From Candidatus Poribacteria bacterium (lineage in GTDB: Bacteria > Poribacteria > WGA-4E > WGA-3G): a stretch of DNA of 64,000 nt. Positions 48,260-58,100 of this stretch are shown here, one piece after another; positions within the stretch are counted from its first letter, which is position 1; the number at the start of each line of letters is the position of its first letter. The stretch spans positions 288,001 to 352,000 of the forward strand of contig CAXXLX010000001.1 of the NCBI GenBank assembly GCA_963665235.2, written 5' to 3'. Below the pieces are notes generated by a model. The model was not told the DNA's origin. It made no database searches and saw nothing but the letters and a program-made list of their open reading frames with translations. A program made the position numbers and the translations under genes.

Positions 48260-49405
48260 GTGATGAAAGATTTTGCATTTACAGGCGGAAGACCTGACCC
48301 CTATACGTTTCCGACTGAGGCGTTGATTGAAGCAAGCGAGAAAGCCCTTCGGAAATTGGGCGGACAATTAGTCAATTACCCCGGTGAATCCGGCTACCGG
48401 GGGTTACGTGAACTCGCATCCATCCGTTTCGAACGCCGCGAAGGTGTCCCGCTCCCAATAGATAACACCTCTATTACCTCAGGCTCAATGCAGGCACTCG
48501 AATTGGTGTTAGGCACATTTATTAAGCCGGGGGATACAGTGCTAACGGAGGAATTTACCTATAGCGGCACACTCGGCATTATGCGCCACCTCAAGGCGAA
48601 TATCGTCGGCATCCCGATGGACTATGTAGATGGCATGAATATGGACGCGTTGGAAACAAAACTGAAGGAGCTCAAACGCCAAAATGTCACACCTTCGCTT
48701 ATCTACACAACCTCTAATCATCAAAACCCGACTAGTGCAATCCTGTCGCTTGAACGGCGACACCGCATGTTGGAACTGGCAGAAGAATACGATACCCTCA
48801 TCGTGGAAGATGATTGCTACGGGGATATAGATTTTGTACCGAACCCGACACCCGCGTCACTTTTCAAGTTAGACACCGCGAACCGGGTTATCTTCATCGC
48901 CACCTTCTCGAAGATTTTGGGAGCAGGCGTTCGCCAAGGCTACTTCGTTGCAAGACAACCGTACTACGGAATGATTCACCAAAACCGATGGGATGGCGGC
49001 ACAAGCGCGCTTGCAAGTGCTATCGTAGCTGAGTTTTTCATGGAGCATCTTGAGGCACATCTCGAAAAAACGAACGCTGCTGTCGGTGCCAAATGTCAAG
49101 CCGTCATAGATACTCTGGACGCACATGTCAGCGACCTCTGTACATGGACCAGACCGCGCGGGGGGTTGTTCTTGTGGATAGACCTGCCAGAGTCAACCGA
49201 CCTAAATAAAGTAAACGAATTGGCATCTGCGAAGGGGGTAGGGTATAGCAACGGGAGTGCATTCCACTACGCAAACGCGCCTGTCAAAGCAATCCGCCTC
49301 GCCTATGCCTACTGTCATGTGGACGATATACCTGAAGGAATTACCTACCTGTGTAACGCAATCCGCAGTGCCCAAAGCAATGCGGCGGATATCGCAGCAG
49401 GTTAG
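48260..49405 (+). CDS. PLP-dependent class I/II aminotransferase (MocR/2-aminoadipate-like)
   Basis: ITSGSMQAL, HQNPT, EDDCY, TFSKILGAGVR.G, PRGGLFLW, IRLAY. Confidence 0.88.
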   Translation: MMKDFAFTGGRPDPYTFPTEALIEASEKALRKLGGQLVNYPGESGYRGLRELASIRFERREGVPLPIDNTSITSGSMQALELVLGTFIKPGDTVLTEEFTYSGTLGIMRHLKANIVGIPMDYVDGMNMDALETKLKELKRQNVTPSLIYTTSNHQNPTSAILSLERRHRMLELAEEYDTLIVEDDCYGDIDFVPNPTPASLFKLDTANRVIFIATFSKILGAGVRQGYFVARQPYYGMIHQNRWDGGTSALASAIVAEFFMEHLEAHLEKTNAAVGAKCQAVIDTLDAHVSDLCTWTRPRGGLFLWIDLPESTDLNKVNELASAKGVGYSNGSAFHYANAPVKAIRLAYAYCHVDDIPEGITYLCNAIRSAQSNAADIAAG

Positions 49406-49432
49406 TGCTCCACCCAAAATAAGGATGTCGAA

Positions 49433-49901
49433 GTCAATAACCCCCAGCTAAAGCATGGGGGCTTGTCCCTGATGCCCGCCAAGGCTATTACAGGGACGAG
49501 GGAAACTTGTTGACTACAGTAATATATCGCAGAGGCTGGACATGGCAGTCCAAAGTATGGTTATCTAAAAAGGTGGGTCGTCTGTGGTTGGACGATTTCA
49601 CTGAAGGATGCTCCCCAAGTCTTAACCCACTACGCATCTGTGATCTGGATGGGGAAACATATACCCGCGTAAGCGGAGAACCCGAAAGGGGCCTTACCTG
49701 TTTTTTCAAAGATACCGTGTCAGGTCAAGTAAACAGAAAGTGCGAGTTCTGTTGAACGAAGCAGCACACTCGGAGAGGAACGCCTACGGGCTTGTGGCGA
49801 AAAAACAACCCGACTCCCCCTTTGGGGGGAAATATAGAACGAATGGGAGCGGTGTTTCCTCCCCCGCATAAATGCTGGGGGTCTCCACACCGAATATTTT
49901 G
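49433..49901 (+). mobile_element. Non-autonomous IscB-type IS200/IS605 element retaining omegaRNA/HEARO-like sequence but no nuclease ORF
   Basis: Left end GTCAATAACCCCCAGCTAAAGCATGGGGGCTTG pairing with GTTGAC (49509); GGATGCTCCCCAAGTC...CTACG core with downstream TGGGGA partner; right-end hairpin TTCCTCCCCCGCATAAATGCTGGGGGTCTCC. Confidence 0.72.
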
Positions 49902-50714
49902 ATGAAAAACAAAGTTTTTCTCTTGCTGACGATTGTCATAATGCTAGGCGTTGCAACAGCAGCACACAGTGAAATCATAGCCTCTTTAGTCCCCACGACT
50001 GACATTGCTGCCCCGGCTGTTGGCAAGCAGGTGAAGATTAACGTTAAAATAACGGGCACCGAAGAAACCGCAGGGTACTCGGCATTGGTCGCCTTTGATA
50101 GAACAGCCCTTAAGTACATTGGGACAACTATAGTCGACTATCTCCCACAAGGCAGCTCATGGGCAATCCCTGTGCTAAACGATGATGGGGAATACGAAGT
50201 CAGAGTCAGCCTCGATGGTAAAATTACATCCGGAAAGTCCGTGCGTTTTGGGCCGGGACCAGATGCACCATCACTCTCAGTAGAGGAGATGCTCTTCAAG
50301 GTTCCGGGACCAATACCGCCTGAATTCGCTGTGCCAGGTGCGGAGTATTGGGCGGTTGCCCTCTTTGCGTCACTGCCCCCTGATGGCGATACGAACGCGG
50401 AAGATGACACGTTCGCTAAACTCACCTTTGAGGTCACTAACGCGAAGCGAGCCCGTATCATCTTAGTGGATGCGAATCTATCCGATAATACCAGTGATGA
50501 AGGATTGGAAGCTACCCTCCAAAATCGCATGGTCATCCTTCATAACGTCGTAGATGTGAACGGCGATGGCAAGGTTAATATTTTAGACCTAGTACGCGTC
50601 GCGAACGCTTTTGGAGACACTGTTACGGATGCCAACAAGGCTGCGGATGTAAATCGAGATGGCGAAATTAACATTCTGGATTTGGTGCAGGTTGCACAAA
50701 ATTTTGGAAAGTGA
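49902..50714 (+). CDS. Secreted cohesin-like plus dockerin-like protein
   Basis: Signal peptide from MKNKVF; AGY...VAFD.TALKY...FAKLTFEV (cohesin-like); DVNGDGKVNILDL and DVNRDGEINILDL. Confidence 0.8.
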   Translation: MKNKVFLLLTIVIMLGVATAAHSEIIASLVPTTDIAAPAVGKQVKINVKITGTEETAGYSALVAFDRTALKYIGTTIVDYLPQGSSWAIPVLNDDGEYEVRVSLDGKITSGKSVRFGPGPDAPSLSVEEMLFKVPGPIPPEFAVPGAEYWAVALFASLPPDGDTNAEDDTFAKLTFEVTNAKRARIILVDANLSDNTSDEGLEATLQNRMVILHNVVDVNGDGKVNILDLVRVANAFGDTVTDANKAADVNRDGEINILDLVQVAQNFGK

Positions 50715-50760
50715 ATTAGCAGCTTTCCGATAGCCATTTAAACTAAGGAGGAGAAGACTT

Positions 50761-52131
50761 TTGCGTAATATCATCCTATTTTCACTGGATACGCTCCGTG
50801 CGTCCAGCATGAGCTGTTACGGACATACTCACTTGACAACCCCCCATCTTGATGCACTCGCCGCAAACGCCACGCTTTTTGAAAGTTGCATCAGTCCGCA
50901 CATTCCGACCCATCCAGCACATACGACGATGTTCACCGGGAAAGATGTGTTGACGCACCAAATTATAACACAAGGCGGAAGTCTAGACCTTTCAGAAAGT
51001 ATTCGCACGTTACCTGAATTGCTGAACGAGGCGGGTTATTTCACCGTCGCCGCAGACAACTTGGGACGCTGGTTCCAACGCGGCTTTTCGGAAGACCATT
51101 ACCGCGGTTATCAGTGGGAGAGTCGTTACCGCAATGCCCGCAAAGCGGAAGCTGTCAATCAAACAGCGATAGACCTTTTGGAGATTGCTCAAGCACAAGC
51201 GAAACCGTGGTTCGCATTCCTTCATTACTGGGATGCCCACACACCTTACTTGCCACCGCTGCCGTTCGAACGGATGTTTTACAGTGGCGATGAATGCGAC
51301 CCGAACAACCGGAGTATGGATGCAGTTTACGCATGTGAACCCTTCACAGACTATTTCAGGCAATGGATGTGCAAACCGGACCCAGATGACCCGGACAATA
51401 TCGCAAAAAAACGCCTCTGGACTGACCGCCGGTATGTCAACGCCCAATATGATGCCTCTATCGCTTATATGGATGCCTCGTTAGCGCAGCTCTTTCAATA
51501 TCTGAACGACTGCGGACTGATGGAAGAGACGCTCCTCGTTATAACGGCTGACCACGGCGAGGAACTTGATGAACATGAACTCTGGTACGACCACCACGGG
51601 CTTTATCAGACGAATTGCCACGTTCCGTTAATCCTTCACTGCCCCGCTGTTGTTCCGAAGGCGCAGCGACTTGAGGGGTTGGTATCGCTGAAGGATATTG
51701 CCCCCACTATTCTGGATTACGCCGGACAATCCGAGCTTGTGGAACGGGAAAAGATGGAAGGCGCAAGTCTCCGAAAACTGGTCGACACTAGCACACACGA
51801 GGGCACTGCTGAAGCTATCTATCTTACCGAATGTGGATGGATGAAAAAACGCGGCTGGCAAACGCAAAAATGGAAACTTATTGTCGAAACAGGCGATACC
51901 CCGGAGGTTTACAACACGCCGGACCTAGAACTGTACGACCTAGAGGAAGACCCGGACGAGGTTTACAACTTGGCTGAAGAGGCGGATGAGGTGGTAGCAC
52001 GTTTGCAAGGCGATATGGAGGCTTTTCTCAAACATCGACTGAACGAGACAAACCTCCCTGATCCGACGGTTGAGCAGGATATTACAATGCGGCGAATCGG
52101 AAATAAAGAAAATGCTGTCCCCCTGCCTTAG
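50761..52131 (+). CDS. Sulfatase-like hydrolase (TxPxH variant)
   Basis: NIILFSLDTLRA, PTHPAHTTMFTG, HYWDAHTPY, TADHGEE, ELYDLEEDP.E. Confidence 0.85.
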   Translation: MRNIILFSLDTLRASSMSCYGHTHLTTPHLDALAANATLFESCISPHIPTHPAHTTMFTGKDVLTHQIITQGGSLDLSESIRTLPELLNEAGYFTVAADNLGRWFQRGFSEDHYRGYQWESRYRNARKAEAVNQTAIDLLEIAQAQAKPWFAFLHYWDAHTPYLPPLPFERMFYSGDECDPNNRSMDAVYACEPFTDYFRQWMCKPDPDDPDNIAKKRLWTDRRYVNAQYDASIAYMDASLAQLFQYLNDCGLMEETLLVITADHGEELDEHELWYDHHGLYQTNCHVPLILHCPAVVPKAQRLEGLVSLKDIAPTILDYAGQSELVEREKMEGASLRKLVDTSTHEGTAEAIYLTECGWMKKRGWQTQKWKLIVETGDTPEVYNTPDLELYDLEEDPDEVYNLAEEADEVVARLQGDMEAFLKHRLNETNLPDPTVEQDITMRRIGNKENAVPLP

Positions 52132-52134
52132 CGG

Positions 52135-52268
52135 AATTGGCTATTGGAAACCGTTGGAAACCGTTGGAAACCTATGGCAAGAGGAAGAAGACTTTGAAGC
52201 GCGTCAGAAATCTGCTTAGAATCACAACATCTTGCCAATTGCTAATTGCTAATCGCCATTCGCTAATT
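52135..52268. repeat. Dispersed composite repeat, copy 2
   Basis: (TTGGAAACCG)x3, AATCACAACATCTTGC, (GCYAATY)x5; matches 21368-21487. Confidence 0.85.
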
Positions 52269-53286
52269 TACCTTGTGTTCGGTAGCGAACTGTCAGCATA
52301 GGACGTAGGTTTTCGTCCGGCACCTCTTTTGCGGCAAAAGTAAGCGAGCTTTTTCCATCGCGCAGTGCAAAAAGGTACCCGTAGTTATAATCGGGATGCT
52401 CGACCCAAAATCGGACCGCCTCCGTAATCAGCTCACCTTTCCAGACGTAACGTTTCCCTGCGTCCTGAATTTCGCACGTGCCATCGATGCGGTGTGCGAC
52501 ATCCTCAGAGCCGTTATAATCTCCTTCGATATCGCCATCTATACCTGCCAACATCGCTTGTGCGGGAGGTTTATTCCATGGAAGGTTGCGATGCAACGCG
52601 CTGTTATAGGTGAGCTCATCCTCTTCCGCCCGTTCCGATTTTCCCCTACCTTCACGCCACGGTAGGAGTACGCGCCGGAGAATAACGGTTTGCGCAGCCG
52701 CCGCATCAGATTTCTGTGCATATAGACTTATCGTAGCATCTACCACCTGCGTCGGTTCCCAGACTCCCATATTCTCAAATGCATCAAACAGGTCAAAAGC
52801 GACAAAGAAAACGCTGCCCATCGGATTACAGACGAGTGTTGGTTCCGCACCAGCGTTATTATTTCGCGTCTTCCGACTCTTTTCCACAAGCAAACTCGTA
52901 TCCTGTAACACGCCAGAGAAGGTGACACCGTTCCCAAGTCCAAAGGTTACCTCATTTACCGCTGGGAGCGTAACAACTACGCCTGTCTGAAATGCTGGCA
53001 ACGTGAGTTGGTATTCTTTTCCGACCGCCAAAGGTGTGGTAAGCAGCATCACCCGATTCAGACGTTTATCGAGGAGTGCTTCTTCCACCTGAACATCCGG
53101 TGTTATCCGATAGTTCTTCAGGTCCTCTATAGTTTCCGCCTTCAACTTTCCATCGAACTGCAACTGAATTGCCGTTTGCGAAAGCGGAATCGCCTTTAGG
53201 AGTTTGGGGGTATTTTCCGCCTGTTGGCTGCCTGTGCTTAAAAACGTAGCAAAAAGAATGCATATAACTGCAAAATAGTGTCTCAA
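52249..53286 (-). CDS. Secreted protein with Ig-like and DNRLRE-like domains
   Basis: TTG start after GGAGGATAAA (same context as 31870); VVDATISLY..., PWREG, VRFWVEHPDYNYG, RPMLTVRY. Confidence 0.65.
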   Translation of the reverse strand: MRHYFAVICILFATFLSTGSQQAENTPKLLKAIPLSQTAIQLQFDGKLKAETIEDLKNYRITPDVQVEEALLDKRLNRVMLLTTPLAVGKEYQLTLPAFQTGVVVTLPAVNEVTFGLGNGVTFSGVLQDTSLLVEKSRKTRNNNAGAEPTLVCNPMGSVFFVAFDLFDAFENMGVWEPTQVVDATISLYAQKSDAAAAQTVILRRVLLPWREGRGKSERAEEDELTYNSALHRNLPWNKPPAQAMLAGIDGDIEGDYNGSEDVAHRIDGTCEIQDAGKRYVWKGELITEAVRFWVEHPDYNYGYLFALRDGKSSLTFAAKEVPDENLRPMLTVRYRTQGKLANGD

Positions 53287-53505
53287 TTTATCCTCCAGGA
53301 TTGAAACAAATAGTCTGTCAAGTTTGCACATTATATCGTAACACCCCCGCGATGTCAAATACTTTTTATGCGGCAGCCAGGGGCATTTAGTTCTCCATAT
53401 TTTCGAGCGTTTTTTCAACACTCTGCCTAGCCCTGTAGGGGCGGTATGTTTATAGAATGTCTTGTTAAAAACATTTGCTTATTATTCTTATCCATGCTAT
53501 AATAA

Positions 53506-54907
53506 CTAAAGTTTGGACAATATTCTAGATTTCAGGCAGCCTTGTCAAAAGGCAGGGCGTTATCTTGCGTTTCCTCGGGCAGAATATTCTGCGAGTTTGT
53601 TTTATCTTCGGAACTCGCAGAAAATCGGCGGCACAAAATCTGTGCTTGAAGATAAGCGACCCGCAGTCCTTGTGTGAGTTTCTTAGGTTTATACCAATGA
53701 ATGCCTAGTTTTTCACAGACCTGCTCAACACTGATAAGTTTTTGTGTCGTTTCCGGAATAGAAAAGATTAGCTTTGTTAGAGACGCTGCAACGAAACTCA
53801 GTTGTAGGAAGCGATTGATGCTTTTTCGGGACTTGACCTGATACCCGCTGAAACCGAAGTGTTGATTTGCGTCGCGAAAGGCGGTCTCTATCTCCCATCT
53901 GCGGCGATAGTATTGAACAATCTGTGGTATGTCAAGCGTCAAATCTGTCGTCCAGACACAGAAATACCGGTAAGGTTTTGACTGTCTCGGTTTCGTTCGG
54001 ATGACAACTATCCGGACATCTACCGGACACATTTTTGTTCGCGCTATCTGTGATGCCACTTGATACTCTTTCCCCATTATGGAGACGACTTTATACCGCA
54101 AGCGGCGGATGTTTAGACGCGGACCGTATTTCTTCGGACGGCCGGGGCCTCGACGTTTCGGGACTTTAGGAACGCGGTAAAACACCGCATTTGACTTCGC
54201 CCGACACAAGATATGGTGTTTGAATGCCAAAACCGTCTCAAACACTTTTCGACGGGCGAACCCTCTATCAAAGATGATTAGCCCCGCAGGTATCTTGGAG
54301 ACGATACGCTTCAAGACCGCATCGCCTTTATCACGGACTGTCTTCGGAACAACAAGCCTGACCCACACAGGAAATAGAAGCCATTGCGTCGCAGTCTCAC
54401 ACAGTAAACCTAACGCAGCAAACTCATGACCGAAGTGAAACTTAGATTGATTCACACGACCTTTCTGATACTTGAAGTTCCGAAAAAAATGTAGACCATA
54501 TTGACCCTTGCCGGTTTTCAAAGCAGACGTGTGGTCATAAACATAAACCCAATCCGGAAATACCTGCTGTAGTATTGCAATCAATTTTGCCGCAACAGCG
54601 TCAGCATCCCATACACCCCGGGACAGAAACTTCGGCAAAGACCAATACTTCGTTCCGAAGACACTTGATTGATAAAGACCCGTCAGGGTGCCACCCTGGG
54701 TATTGGCAGCAATAAACCCAAAAATCATCGCTTGGAAAAGCGCAAAGTTTTGTTGGTTGAATAAACAACTAAAATGTGATAGAATATCTTGTAAGCAAAA
54801 AAGAAGGTTCATTTTTATTTTCCTTTAGAAAATTTAATTTATTTTAAAATGATACCTACTTTTTTGCTTTTTGTCCATCTTAATTCTTAAAATTGTCCAA
54901 ACTTTAG
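53506..54907 (-). mobile_element. IS701-like insertion sequence with 16-bp TIRs and an 8-bp target duplication
   Basis: CTAAAGTTTGGACAAT (53506) / ATTGTCCAAACTTTAG (ending 54907); TATAATAA at 53498-53505 and 54908-54915. Confidence 0.92.
53532..54812 (-). CDS. IS701/IS4-like DDE transposase
   Basis: YVYDHT...KTG, IIFDRGF, YRRRWEIETAFRD. Confidence 0.9.
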   Translation of the reverse strand: MNLLFCLQDILSHFSCLFNQQNFALFQAMIFGFIAANTQGGTLTGLYQSSVFGTKYWSLPKFLSRGVWDADAVAAKLIAILQQVFPDWVYVYDHTSALKTGKGQYGLHFFRNFKYQKGRVNQSKFHFGHEFAALGLLCETATQWLLFPVWVRLVVPKTVRDKGDAVLKRIVSKIPAGLIIFDRGFARRKVFETVLAFKHHILCRAKSNAVFYRVPKVPKRRGPGRPKKYGPRLNIRRLRYKVVSIMGKEYQVASQIARTKMCPVDVRIVVIRTKPRQSKPYRYFCVWTTDLTLDIPQIVQYYRRRWEIETAFRDANQHFGFSGYQVKSRKSINRFLQLSFVAASLTKLIFSIPETTQKLISVEQVCEKLGIHWYKPKKLTQGLRVAYLQAQILCRRFSASSEDKTNSQNILPEETQDNALPFDKAA

Positions 54908-54970
54908 TATAATAACGTGAGTTTGGAAAAAGTTTTCCCCTAGTATTCGGGCAAACGGTTTCCCGCTCTT

Positions 54971-55110
54971 TAGGGACGATATGTTCATAGAAGCAGCGAA
55001 TACCGCCCACCTCTTAGTCCCGTAGGGACGATATATTTATAGAAACAGCGAATACCGCCCACCTCTTAGTCCCGTAGGGACGATATATTTATAGAAACAG
55101 CGGATACCGC
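54971..55110. repeat. 52-bp tandem repeat (~2.7 copies) with a GTCCC-GTA-GGGAC palindrome; diverged copy at 53428-53457
   Basis: TAGGGACGATAT starts at 54971, 55023 and 55075. Confidence 0.9.
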
Positions 55111-55142
55111 ATTACCGGGCAGCAAACAATCAGGAGATACAC

Positions 55143-58100
55143 ATGTCCCAAGCAAACCAACTCGGTCTCCCCTTCGAAAACAGAAGCGGAGACACAGATA
55201 ACGGATTCCACACCGCACTTGCGTATATCCGCGAAAATGCCAATAGCAACTACAGCGTAGGCAATCTCTTTGAGAAACTCATCAAAAACTATCTCCTCGA
55301 AGATCCGTTCTACAAGCGGCGTTTTACCGAAGTTTATCTCTGGTCCGAATGGGCACAACTCCGCCCGGAGTTCGATGGCACTGATATCGGTATTGACCTC
55401 GTTGCAGAGGAACGGGAAGGGGGATATTGTGCCATCCAGTGCAAATGCTACGCAGCAGACACCCGAATTACGAAGGCTGCTCTGGATACGTTCATCGCCG
55501 CTTCCGCACGCGAACCCTTCACCTCCCGAATCTTCGTTGATACCAGCGAGACCTGGAGTGCTAACGTCCGCAGAACACTCGACGGACTGCAACCCCCCTG
55601 TCAACGTATCAGTGCAGCAGACCTTGCAAGCCGACCGGTTAGCTGGCCGGACCTAAGCCATCAGGCTCCAGAACAGCTCAACTATCAGGTCGAGACATTC
55701 AGTCTAAGGGAGCATCAACAAAAGGCGTTTGATGATGTTGTCAACGGTTTCAAAGAATCCGACCGGGGCAAACTGATCATGGCGTGCGGTACAGGTAAAA
55801 CCTTTACGGCACTCCGAATTGCTGAAGAAATCGCTGGTGTTGGCGGTAGAGTGCTATATCTTGTTCCCTCTATCGGCCTCTTTGCACAAGCAATGCGGGA
55901 ATGGGCAGAACAACAAGGCATTCCGCATCGCTACATCGGTATATGCTCCGATACAAAGGCAGGAAAAGCGAATGAAGACGCTACCCTCATGGAATTAGAA
56001 TTCCCTGTTACCACAAATGAAACCGTTATCTCCGAAGCATTGCAGAAAAACGATAAAGGCAACATGAGAGTTGTTTTCTGCACCTATCATTCACTTCCAA
56101 AAGTTGCAGAAGCGCAGGGTGCGGGAGCACCGGATTTTGATATTATCTTCTGTGATGAAGGACACAGAACAACTGGCGTTGATAGACCTAATGATAAAAC
56201 ATCGCCTTTTGTGCTTGTCCACGATGCTGACCGGATTCGCGCGAAAAAACGGCTCTATATGACCGCAACACCTCGCCTTTATACCGACAGTGCAAAAACA
56301 AAAGCTGCACAGCATAATATAGATGTGTTTTCTATGGATGATCCGAACACGTACGGGCCCGAATTTCACCGCTTACCTTTCTCTAAGGCAGTTGAGCAAG
56401 ACCTACTCTCAGATTACAAAGTGGTCATACTGGCGATGTCCGAACAGGGTGTAAATAGGACACTGCAAAGGTATCTCAGTAATGGTGGGAGTGAGCTTAA
56501 CATCAACGACGCGACAAAGATTGTCGGGTGTTGGCGCGCATTACAGAACCCCGAAAGAAAGTCTTCTGAAGATCCAGAGCTTAAACCATTAACACGCGCG
56601 ATCGCTTTCTCAAATACGATTGCTACCTCGAAAAGGATTGAAAAACATTGGGACCGCATTATAGAAACTGCGATTGAAGAACTCCCGGAAGACCAACGTC
56701 CACAAAATTTCACATGCGAAACCAAGCACGTTGATGGTAAAAATAATGCACTTGAACGGAAACAGCGAATTGAATGGCTCAAAGGAGATTCTGAAGGCGT
56801 TTGCCGTATCCTCTCTAATGCACGATGCCTCTCCGAAGGTATTGATGTACCCGCGCTTGATGCCGTGCTTTTCATGACACCTCGAAATTCACACGTTGAC
56901 ATTGTGCAGGCAGTCGGACGTGTGATGCGAAAAGCCCCCGGCAAGGAATACGGCTACATCGTCTTACCCGTCGCAATTCCGTCCGGCGCAGACCCTGTTA
57001 AAGCACTCAACGATAATAAAAGGTTCGCCGCTGTATGGGGTGTCCTCCGTGCGCTACGTTCTCACGATGACAGACTCAATGCCGAGATCAATAAAATTGA
57101 CCTTAACAACGAACCCACTGAAATTATTATCATCGATGGGGATGGAAGCGATGGTGAAAATGGCAATGGATCCCTAAACGGACAACAGCTGCTGCTACCG
57201 ATCGGTATCCCTGCTGATGCAATTTACGCTAAGATTGTGGAAAAATGCGGCGATAGAAAATATTGGGAGAGCTGGGCAAAGGATGTCGCTGATATTTTCA
57301 AAAGACTCGTTGGACGCATTGAAAATCTATTGGAGAATCCCGAAAACGAGGCACTACAGGAGTGGTTCTATGATTTTCACAAAGAGTTGACAGAAACGAT
57401 CAACGACTCAATCACACGTGAGAGTGCTATTGATATGATGGCACAACACATTATCACACGCCCTGTTTTTGAAGCACTTTTTGAGAACTACGACTTTGCT
57501 ACCGGCAACCCAGTCGCAAACGCGCTTAACAAACTCCAAAACGATTTTTCAGAATTCGGGCTTGAAAACGAAACCCGCGATCTGGAAGGGTTTTACGAAA
57601 GCGTCCAGAGGCGTGCACGCGGACTTGACAATAGCGAAGCACGTCAACGGGTACTGTTGGAACTCTACGAGAAGTTTTTTGTTACCGCCCTGAAAAAAGA
57701 GGTGGAACGGCTCGGAATTGTCTATACACCCATCGAAGTAGTGGACTTCATATTGCACAGTGCCAATGAAGTATTGCAAAATGAATTTGGGCGAAGCCTC
57801 AGCGATGAAGGTGTGCATATGCTGGATCCGTTCACTGGCACAGGCGTTTTTCTTACGCGCCTGCTGCAATCTAACATTATTCAAGATGCTGACCTTGAAC
57901 GCAAGTATCGCGAAGAACTCCATGCAAACGAAATTGTACTGCTAGCATACTACATCGCCACTGTCAACATTGAGGAGGCGTTCCGCGGGCGGCTCGGAGA
58001 AGACAGCAGTTATGAACCGTTCAATGGCATTGTCCTAACGGATACCTTCAATCTAAACAAAAAAGATAACTCTACGCTTTTCCCGAAAGAGTGGCTACAG

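Noticed and set aside
54971-55110. Mini-CRISPR array with a palindromic repeat
   Set aside because: The 22-nt intervening sequences are near-identical, so this is a simple tandem repeat
56140-56170. Inactive helicase because Walker B reads DEGH, or inactive MTase because of NPPW
   Set aside because: DExH and NPP(Y/F/W) both fall within known functional variation
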